From Octopus sinensis (Eukaryota): 11,012 bases of DNA. The DNA lies in the NCBI RefSeq assembly GCF_006345805.1, contig NW_021827151.1, positions 1 through 11,012 on the forward strand, read 5' to 3'. Below, one piece after another: positions 1 through 8,399 of this stretch. The translations under genes were made by a program, and so were the position numbers. The first letter of the stretch is position 1. Each line of letters opens with the position of its first letter. The notes beneath the pieces are model-generated. The model saw only the letters and a program-made list of their open reading frames with translations, was not told the origin of the DNA and did not search any database.

Positions 1-120
1 TGACGCAATTCCCTCTACCAGAAAATTTGGAAACGACACCCTGTACTGCTTGGTATTCACGCCGGAAGCTCCAATGCGAATATTTCCGAATTATTGGGCG
101 TCGAATTGAAGGCAGTGCAA
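1..120 (+). mobile_element. Decayed Tc1/mariner-superfamily (probably DD37D/maT-like) transposase, N-terminal HTH fragment
   Basis: Manual translation: (a)tg at 1-2, then TQFPLPE (3-23), one extra A at ~24 (frameshift), then IWKRHPVLLGIHAGSSNANISELLGVELKAVQ (25-120). The pattern (hydrophobic helix, G, S..EI..LLGV....VQ) fits a paired-like HTH, and it matches my recollection of an abundant octopus mariner-like transposase start. Similarity is lost after ~120, with a stop at 136-138. Family assignment is from memory, not a search. Confidence 0.65.
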
Positions 121-160
121 TTTGAGAACAGGTACTGAGAATAAGAAAAATCAAAAGTCA

Positions 161-658
161 AGCTTGGTAGCTTCTTATAGGTAGACATTGATGTTGGACT
201 GCTATGCTGCTATGATAAACCTTCTGTTTCTGATTTTAAGCCAGAAGACGCTAATGGGTAAGGGCTTTGTCAACATCAGAATTATTAGCTCCCTTTAGGT
301 ATTTTGCAATTGAGAGGTTTTTCTTGTTTTTTATCAACAGGATATCTAGAGCGGCAGTTTTAGCACGGGTTTTCATACGTTTAGATTTTTTTTGTGGTTG
401 ATTTCAGTACATCTAATTCTAGTACATGTTATATTTGGAATTCACTTAGAATTCCTTGCCTGTTTTGTTTGCGAGTATGCAATTCTTGTTTTTGTGCTTT
501 AAGAGAAGCTTTAGCATCCACTCATCAGAATTCTTCAGGTAAGTCTTTAGGGCAATAAAATTACGGTCAAAAGTGCTTAGGTCAGTCTTCAATGTCAATT
601 CAAGTTGTAAGAGTCCACAGCCACCCGCTTTCCTTGACAAGTAAAGTCGTTCTACATC
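161..658 (-). mobile_element. Decayed R4/Dong-clade (RLE-type) non-LTR retrotransposon fragment covering the RT C-terminal/thumb and post-RT region
   Basis: Extending ORF 446..640 upstream gives DVERLYLSRKAGGCGLLQLEL (from 658), matching the D.DRLY.PR..GGRGL motif of RLE retrotransposon RTs. Downstream, across stops and frameshifts, are KSKRMKTRAKTAALDIL, QEKPLN, KYLKGANNSDVDKALTH, SSGLKSETEG (248-219), IIAA and PIRSYQA (to 161), matching the R4/Dong-type W..KPLHG and GLK.ETEG.I.AAQDQ.L.TRNY blocks in the right order. The CCHC knuckle and endonuclease are absent. Confidence 0.85.
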
Positions 659-680
659 TCATTTCAATTATTATAATTAT

Positions 681-1192
681 AGAGTACAATATATGAAGGT
701 AAAATATACGAAACCCAGTATACCCATCATGACTACACGTCTGATAAGGGTACACCAAGAACGTGCATCAAACCCATATGGCCGCGATATGATCTCATAT
801 CAAATTAAACAGCGCATGATCTTGCAGGTGGGGGCCCAGTTAGAATTTTCTTCGGGTCGACTAGCCCATCCCACTTAAAAGGTCCCTGAATAAGAGTTAT
901 TTAAGGATGTTGAACAAAACATCCATGATTGCAGAGGTGAATTATTCCTCTCAACACGTTGCTGTGATGCTCCCCCTTAGTTCTACTCGTAAACAAAGAT
1001 GCACATATCATAAGCCACCAAGGGATATGCTCGACTGGTTATGGTCAAGTAACTGACTAGCAAATTTGTGGTGTTGAGCAGAATATTTGCCGTAGCCCAT
1101 CTTTTATACCAAGACAAAGCAATTTACATGAAAGCACTGCCAGTCAGTTAAGGTCAGAAGTCTTAAAATCCAGTCTGGTACTGCATCAGGGC
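681..1192 (-). mobile_element. Putative ~510 bp non-coding interspersed repeat bracketed by AAT-type runs
   Basis: A complex, non-SSR block with no credible ORF, bounded by attattataattat (~667-680) and attattattattatt (1197-1211). On the minus strand it begins GCCCTGATGCAGTACCAG directly after the (AAT)n run, which I recall as the start of a dispersed octopus repeat. Repetitiveness cannot be shown within this window. Orientation is inferred. Confidence 0.45.
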
Positions 1193-1195
1193 ATT

Positions 1196-1350
<155 letters not shown>

Positions 1351-1379
1351 GTATTATATATTTGTTTTGCAATATTTCT

Positions 1380-1514
1380 GATGTGAAATCGTGTGTTGAA
1401 ACAGATATTGTTATATTTCGGAATGGTCATGTTGCCAGTTTAGCCAATAAAAACAATCGCACTATATATTTGGTGTTACTTTGCGTCAGCGTTATTTATT
1501 TTTTTACATTAATC
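1380..1514. repeat. Possible interspersed repeat fragment adjoining the foldback
   Basis: The segment gaaatcgtgtgttgaaacagatattg...gtttagccaataaaaac...tatatatttggtgttactttgc resembles a dispersed octopus repeat as I remember it. There is no internal evidence in this window. Confidence 0.25.
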
Positions 1515-1763
1515 TTAATCTTATTTCGGCCAGAGTTCTTTCGTTACACTCCTGTGGCCGCATCAGTGGTCCTTTGCTTTCTTCTTTCTTATTTGTGTCT
1601 CTCCTTACTAACCGTCAGTCATTTTGTATTACAAATACAAAGTGAAATACAAAATGGCTGACGGTTAGTAAGGAGAGACACACAAATAAGAAAGAAGAAA
1701 GCAAGGGACCACTGATGCGGTCACAGGAGTGTGACGAATGAAATCTGGCCGAAATATGATTAA
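1515..1763. repeat. Long inverted repeat (foldback / MITE-like): arms 1515-1630 and 1646-1763, 15-nt spacer
   Basis: Hand alignment of the left arm (116 nt) to the reverse complement of the right arm (118 nt) gives 7 substitutions (left positions 1521, 1535, 1539, 1545, 1557, 1573, 1619) and one 2-nt GT indel. The spacer is ACAAATACAAAGTGA. TTAA is at both outer ends. The mirrored peptides in ORFs 1362..1661(+) and 1665..1952(-) confirm the symmetry. Confidence 0.97.
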
Positions 1764-1764
1764 A

Positions 1765-1782
1765 TAGATAGATAGATAGATG

Positions 1783-1855
<73 letters not shown>

Positions 1856-1871
1856 GTAGAGAGGTAGGTAA

Positions 1872-1906
<35 letters not shown>

Positions 1907-1915
1907 AACGGACAA
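1765..1915. repeat. (AGAT)n tetranucleotide microsatellite grading into (AGAC)n
   Basis: Read directly. Confidence 0.97.
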
Positions 1916-2380
1916 ACAGGAAATTACCAATGCAATAGAACAGAAACCTCAAAACGTATTCGTCAAGTTTCGGTATATTCGAGAAAATCCGAAGCTGTTC
2001 AATTCAACAAGTGTAAGAAAAGACTATAAATCAGAATACTGCAGAGGTTTATAACAAAAAGAAACTAAAGCTAGCCTTTAACAGAAGGGAAATGTTGGAT
2101 TCATGGATCCACACATAGAGTTTGATGTTTGGTGTAGCTGTCCCACAGACCAGACACCCAGTTATTGAAATTTACGCATTTGTCTTTCTGAAGACAGATT
2201 TGAATTCCAAATCACGCAATACAAGATGCGTTATGTTGTCACTTATTTATTTATTTGTATGTTTGTTTTGTTTTTTTTCATTCTTTCATTGTTTGTTGTT
2301 TATCTAGTTTTTGTGTTTATTAATCAGCACTTGTTCAGTACGAAATTTTTACCATGTTACATAAGATCTAACATTGTCTA

Positions 2381-2529
2381 TTTCTCTCTCACGCTCTCTC
2401 TCTCCTCTCTCTCTCTTGTAATATATGTATGTATGTATGTATATGTATATGTATGTATGTATATGTATATTTTAAACGCTTGTATGCATGTATTATGTGC
2501 ATGCATATGTATATATGCATGTTTGTATG

Positions 2530-2575
<46 letters not shown>

Positions 2576-2604
2576 TAGTCACACACATTTTTAACATATA
2601 TATA

Positions 2605-2636
<32 letters not shown>

Positions 2637-2685
2637 CATAAATGTTTGCATGTATATGAGTGCGTATATATTCAAACATATGCTC

Positions 2686-2716
<31 letters not shown>

Positions 2717-2930
2717 TTATATTCATAAATATATATATACGTATGTAATACATATGTTGTGTGGGCATGTGTGTGTATGCCTATGTATTTGTGTTTGTGT
2801 ATGTGGCATATTTGTATATATATATATACTATATATATATATTATTACATGTGTGTGTGTGCATACATATAGGTATATATGCGCATTTGTGTGAGTGTGT
2901 AGTGCGTAGACGTGTGTATTTATCTGAGTG
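2381..2930. repeat. Compound (CT)n, (TATG)n, (TA)n, (TG)n microsatellite field
   Basis: Read directly; it yields the YIYI/VCVC pseudo-ORFs. Confidence 0.95.
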
Positions 2931-3134
2931 TGTGATTTCTCTGTCTGTCTATAATTAAGTTCCCATTTATCTGTTTTCCAAATATTTCTATAGAATCATT
3001 TCACTTCACAGGAACGTTATGTTCTCTTAAAAAAATCTTCCTAGCAGAAAACATAGAACAAACAAGAAAGTCTTGAAGATTACGGCCCAAAAAGAAAAAA
3101 AACAAATACCAAAAACTGTTATGGAATCTAAATT

Positions 3135-3148
3135 GTCGCCATGGCAAC
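3135..3148. promoter_or_regulatory. Canonical RFX X-box motif GTCGCCATGGCAAC
   Basis: Full 14-bp match to the established X-box consensus GTNRCC-AT-RGYAAC, one base from the perfect palindrome GTTGCCATGGCAAC. Binding and function are not demonstrated. Confidence 0.55.
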
Positions 3149-3159
3149 TAACTACCTCG

Positions 3160-3730
3160 GCCACCGTAACAACAATCATCGTAAACATCATCACTACCGT
3201 TATTATCATCATAATCATCATCATCACCGTAGTCGTTGTCATCGTCTTCATCATCCACATCATCATCATCCTCTTCAAAATCATCATCCAGGTCATCAGC
3301 GTTATCGTCGCCGTCGTCGTTATCATCATCACCATCATCATCATCATCATCGTCATCATCATTACCATAACCATTGTCCATCCCCACCACTACCACATCA
3401 TCATCATCTTCAGCAGCCTCATTATCGTCACCATCATCATCGTCATCATCATCATCATCCATCATCATCATCATCATCATCGTCATTATCATCATCATCA
3501 CCATCATTATCAACTCCACCACCATCACTCGATCACTACCATCACAACCACCACCACCACCACCACACCACCACCACCACCATCATCATTGTCGTCACCA
3601 TCATCATCGTCATCATCTTCGTCATCATCATCATCAACAGCAGCAGCAGCAGCGTCGTAACCGTCGCCACCACCACTGTCATCATCAAAGTTATCTATGT
3701 ATCGCGCTCAGCACCACCATTAATGCTGTA
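3160..3730. repeat. Long degenerate trinucleotide tract (CAT/CAC/CGT/CAG)n
   Basis: Read directly; open in several frames as poly-His, poly-Ile, poly-Ser and poly-Asp. Confidence 0.95.
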
Positions 3731-3947
3731 ACCGAAAGCACCACACCACACGCGCCCACCAACTATAACCAATACTGACTGCACCAAAAAGCAATCCGGG
3801 TCCACCACCGTTACCGTCACCTCTCCAAGCACCACATCCAAACAACACTCTTCTGTGCAACCATAACGCATACGCTACAACGACACCGTTCGCTTCTCGA
3901 TCGCTCCTTGTCCTCTCACACTAATTGTGTCTGCATAGGCATCTGTA

Positions 3948-3949
3948 AT

Positions 3950-3985
<36 letters not shown>

Positions 3986-4245
3986 GTGGAATGGCTGGTG
4001 GATGATAGATGTAAATAGATAGATTTAGGAGGAGAGTGTTTAGATAGAAGGAATGGCTGAGATGATAGATCTATAACTAGATAGATATATATAGATATAT
4101 AGATAGATAGATAGATAGATAGTTAGATAGATAGAATAGATAGATAGATAGATAGATAGAGATCAGCTAGTAGGATATTATATATATAGATAGAGAGAGA
4201 GATAGATAGATAGATAGATAGATATAGATAGATAGATAGTAGATA
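3948..4245. repeat. (TA)n-(TG)n followed by a degenerate (GATA)n tract
   Basis: Read directly. Confidence 0.95.
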
Positions 4246-4339
4246 GGAATATCATTCCCGATGAAAACTTGTTGAGTGATTGATTAAATGATCAAATAGA
4301 TTTATGACATTGCCAGATCAAATCGATATTTATGTTTGC

Positions 4340-4365
4340 GTGTACATACATACACACACACACAC

Positions 4366-4407
<42 letters not shown>

Positions 4408-4903
4408 TGTTTTATTGTATATATATATATATACATACATACAACAATGTATATATGCATATATACATATACATATATACATATGTATATACAATTATTT
4501 ACCTATATTCCTATAAAAATTCCTATATATATCTATAAGTACATATACATATATATATATGTGTGAGTGTGTGTATGTGTATGTGCGTGTATATATATTC
4601 ACAAAGGTGCACAGTCATTGATATATCAATAGTTAATAAGCATTATACACAAATGTCATTGATCTCTCTCCTTCTGAATGTATGTATTTATATTTACGCG
4701 TGTGTGTGTGTGTATTTGTATGCGCGCGTGTGTGTGTGTGTGTGTGTGTATGTGAATCCTGCTCTCTGGGAGTGTAAATATATATCCGAAAGCCATCATA
4801 AAGCTCAAGTGCACCGACGTATATATATATATATATACAATATATATATAAGAATACATATATACACATGTGTTTGTATGTATTTATTAATATATACATG
4901 TGC

Positions 4904-4954
<51 letters not shown>

Positions 4955-5004
4955 TACATACTAATATGTATATATATATATATATATATAATATATATAT
5001 ATAT

Positions 5005-5050
<46 letters not shown>

Positions 5051-5090
5051 TGTGTGTTTATATATATGTGTGTGTATATATATATATGAA
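4340..5090. repeat. Compound (CA)n/(TA)n/(TG)n microsatellite field
   Basis: Read directly. Confidence 0.95.
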
Positions 5091-5267
5091 ATATAGACTG
5101 CTATGTCCTTTAGCTAAGTCAATCTAATATTAATAGTTAAATACATTCACAGAGAGAGAGAACCGAAGATTATGTACAATAGGAAAAACAACCTTCCCAA
5201 CCTCCGATTAAGGAAAAAGTCAATCACATTCTTATGGCAACTAACTGTTCGGAAGGAAAGACGTTTA

Positions 5268-5335
5268 GCAACAACAACAACAAAAATAACAACAACAGCT
5301 TCGATAATAACAACAATAGCAACAACAACAAGCAA
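5268..5335. repeat. Degenerate (AAC)n tract
   Basis: Read directly. Confidence 0.9.
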
Positions 5336-5449
5336 ACTAAGAATTGTAAGAAACGAACAAGAAAACAAAACATATGGATATAGGAATCATCTATTGAGAA
5401 TATGCGTCTTCAGCCTCTCATCACAACACGTCCTACATACAAATCTATC

Positions 5450-5802
5450 TATGTATTGTATGTACGATTATATGCATATATATAAATATATATATATTTA
5501 TATATATAATATATATAATATATATATATATATACATGCATATATATATATAACACATATATATATATTTATATATCTTATATATATATATTATACATAT
5601 TGTATTATATACACCATATATATATATATATATATATATGTACATATATATAAACGTTTGATATATATTATATGTATATATATATATACACATACATATA
5701 TACATGGATACATATATAAACATCGATAGCTGTATATATGTATATATATATGTATTGCATGCATGTATGTATGTTTACATATGTTTGTGTGTATATATAG
5801 TC

Positions 5803-5846
<44 letters not shown>

Positions 5847-6113
5847 GACTATATATGCGTGTGTCTTTGTGTGTGTCTGAGTTTGTGTATGTATTCATGC
5901 ATAAATATAAATACACACATGTTTATATACGCCTGTGTGTTGACATATTGCTTTCTCCATAGGAGTATACGGTTGTATGCATATTTCTAAAGAACTCACC
6001 TATGTGTATGTATGTGCTTACGCATATATATATATGTGTGTGTGTTTGCGTGTTTATGGCTGCATGTGGGTATGTGTGAACATATGTGTACACGTGTGCG
6101 TGCGTGTATAAAT

Positions 6114-6160
<47 letters not shown>
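5450..6160. repeat. Compound (TA)n/(TATG)n/(TG)n microsatellite field
   Basis: Read directly; it ends in a long perfect (TG)n run at ~6116-6159. Confidence 0.95.
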
Positions 6161-6165
<5 letters not shown>

Positions 6166-6231
6166 CCAAGAGTTCACCACACCTCTTCCCCAAATGTTAT
6201 CGACAATTTCTTGAGCTCAGATTCCGAGTCT

Positions 6232-6244
6232 GTTGCTAAGCGAC
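6232..6244. promoter_or_regulatory. RFX X-box-like site GTTGCT-A-AGCGAC
   Basis: Two inverted RFX half-sites (GTTGCT and GTCGCT on the opposite strand) with a 1-nt spacer, within the 0-3 nt spacing tolerated by RFX. Confidence 0.35.
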
Positions 6245-6245
6245 A

Positions 6246-6345
6246 AGAGGAGAGAGTGCGAGTGAAGGAGAGAGGGTGAGATAGAGAGAGATAGAGATGG
6301 GGAGAGAAAGAAAGACAGAGAGAGAAGGAGAGAAAGAAACGGGGG
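6246..6345. repeat. Purine-rich degenerate (GA)n tract
   Basis: Read directly. Confidence 0.9.
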
Positions 6346-6479
6346 AGAAATGGTATGGGGGGCATGTTACCTATTTATCTACTTAATGCCATCTCTAGTC
6401 GATCGTTATGGACTGACTGAGACTATGGCATCGCATCCGTAGCCTTCCCGATAACCGACTCCCTATGGATGTGCATAAC

Positions 6480-6503
6480 TACGTATATTTATATATATAC
6501 ACG

Positions 6504-6555
<52 letters not shown>

Positions 6556-6681
6556 TATATATATATATACGGTGTGTGTGTGTGTATGTGTATCAATATA
6601 TATATATACACATATATATGTGTGAGCATAAATATACACACACGCACACATATATTTCATATATATACGCATATATATATA

Positions 6682-6712
<31 letters not shown>

Positions 6713-6901
6713 CATATGTTTATACCTTTGTACGTATATATATATTATATATCACGCACACATATACAGACGCACATATGTATTGATGTATACGTATAGT
6801 GATTCATTACTAAATGCTAACACAACATAATATATATATATACACACATATATATATATAAATATATATATCATATATAGACGTACATATATATATGTAT
6901 A

Positions 6902-6944
<43 letters not shown>

Positions 6945-7000
6945 ATATATACATACATAGTATATATGCATATACATACATTCAGTGTATGTATTTGTAT
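6480..7000. repeat. Compound (TA)n/(TG)n/(CA)n microsatellite field
   Basis: Read directly. Confidence 0.95.
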
Positions 7001-7146
7001 AGTCATGGTTAGCTTTTTTGTATTTCCGCTTTGTCTGTCATAACGGGATTACAGTTTGTGATTATCTAGAAGATATTCGATAGCCATCGATTAGCGAAGT
7101 ATCTTCTCTGTATTCTGCTTCTTTGTGATTTATTTTCTTTTTAATC

Positions 7147-7349
7147 TCCATCAACATCATCATCATCATCATCATCATCACCATCATCATCATCATCGTC
7201 GTCGTCGTCATTGTCATCATCATAATAATCATCTTCTCTTTCTTTTTCTGCTTTTTCTTCTTTCATCTTGTTTTTTTTCCTTTCTACTACCGCCACGACC
7301 TTCAGCAGCATCTTCCACGAACCACTACTATCACCCCTACCAACATCAT

Positions 7350-7399
<50 letters not shown>

Positions 7400-7625
7400 T
7401 TACTATTACGACTACTAATCGCTTCGTTTTTCTCCTTCATTTAACTTACCTTGTTTTCTTCATCGCCTTCAATCATCGCCATATTGAACATCATCGCGGT
7501 CATGACCCGCATCATCATCATCATCATCATCAACATCATCACCATCATCATCATAATCTTCATGATCATCATGTTGATCGTCGTCATGATCATCAACATC
7601 ATCATCATCATCATCATCATCACAA
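7147..7625. repeat. Trinucleotide field: (CAT)n 7147-7220, CT-rich linker, (TAC)16 at 7350-7397, degenerate (CAT)n to ~7625
   Basis: Read directly. Confidence 0.95.
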
Positions 7626-7974
7626 CCTTCATAGTTTTGCCTTAATCACTATCCTCGTCATTATTAGTATCAGAATTGATAGCATTTTTATAACAGAAAC
7701 ATTTTTTTTTTACGTACCAAGTCTTGATGGGCATGGTCGGAAAACATTTGATCATAGATCTTCTGAATTACGACAGTACTAATCAGACTTTCAATTGGTC
7801 GTCATTGGTTTCCCCATTTACCTTCGCCTCTTTTCTGAAACTCAACGACGCTTCCTCAAATCGATCCGCTCGAAATAGCAACTAAATAGTTCTCAAAATT
7901 ACTGCCTGCGGCATCTTATTAGGGAAGGAGTTGAATAATGTGTTGCCTCTCCATAAAGATAAAAGGTGGAAGGG

Positions 7975-8172
7975 CCTTCACGATAGGTCCGGTTTCTTGT
8001 TTTCCCGGTTTCTGTGGTGAATATATGTCCCACCTGGACGGTACGACAGCCCCTCGGAGCCTTACTTACGTTTGTCAGGTGAGTAGACCGGAGCTACTTG
8101 AAATTAAGTGTCTTGCTCAAGAACTCAAAGGGTTGCCCTATTCAGGAATCGAAACCATGATCTTACGATCAC
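7975..8172 (-). mobile_element. 5'-decayed tRNA-derived CORE-type SINE (octopus OR-like)
   Basis: The minus strand carries a Pol III B-box-like GGTTTCGATTCC (8156-8145), then GAGTTCTTGAGCAAGACACTTAA (8126-8104), which matches the MIR/CORE segment GTGACCTTGGGCAAGTCACTTAA at 18/23 positions (consensus from memory), then a tail with CCGTCCAGGTGGG and GAAACCGGGAAA. No clear A box. CORE-SINEs are established in octopus (OR1/OR2); the exact family is not determined. Confidence 0.75.
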
Positions 8173-8341
8173 TCGTCTTCACTTCCAGAGCATAAATAAA
8201 CGAAAAACAGGGATGGCCATCAGTGAAGAGCCTTTCGTCCTGACTAGCTTGGAGTGCTGATCTTCGAGAGCCGACCGGGTGTTAAACAACATTCTACAAC
8301 AAATAAACAGCCGTTTCATTTTCTCCCCTTCTTTCTCATTC

Positions 8342-8345
8342 ACCG

Positions 8346-8376
<31 letters not shown>

Positions 8377-8390
8377 GTTCATCATCATCA
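8342..8390. repeat. (CAT)n microsatellite
   Basis: Read directly. Confidence 0.95.
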
Positions 8391-8399
8391 CAAATTTCA

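Noticed and set aside
446-640. ORF MSRKAGGCGLLQLEL... as a small stand-alone gene
   Set aside because: The 'start' is a TTG Leu inside DVERLYLSRK, and homologous blocks continue past stops and frameshifts. It is a decayed retrotransposon fragment.
693-878. 61-aa + strand ORF
   Set aside because: Short, no recognisable motif, and inside the putative non-coding repeat.
1515-1763. piggyBac assignment for the foldback because of flanking TTAA
   Set aside because: piggyBac termini normally begin with CC(C/T) after TTAA, whereas here TC follows. TTAA is itself palindromic, so it may just be part of the arms. Superfamily left unassigned.
1362-1952. Two similar hydrophobic ORFs on opposite strands suggesting a small membrane-protein or toxin/antitoxin-like pair
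   Set aside because: Their similarity is simply the inverted repeat read on both strands, and the rest of the minus ORF is (TATC)n translation.
1928-2038. Possible 111-nt minus-strand exon (pyrimidine tract + TGCAG acceptor, GTAATT donor)
   Set aside because: Stop codons in all three frames. A non-coding exon cannot be excluded but there is no support for one.
1920-2054. 44-codon open + frame EITNAIEQKPQNVFVKF...
   Set aside because: No start codon, the preceding AG lacks a polypyrimidine tract, and no recognisable domain.
7938-8195. 85-aa + strand ORF
   Set aside because: It is the antisense reading of the SINE, with no protein motif.
8211-8240. Hammerhead-like words on the minus strand (GGACGAAA ... 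CTGATGG), also CTGATGAG at ~520-527 and CTGATGC at ~1182-1188
   Set aside because: At 8211-8240 only 9 nt separate GAAA and CTGA, too few for stems I and III, and the core is not CUGANGA. The other hits lack a stem II plus GAAA or the conserved A.
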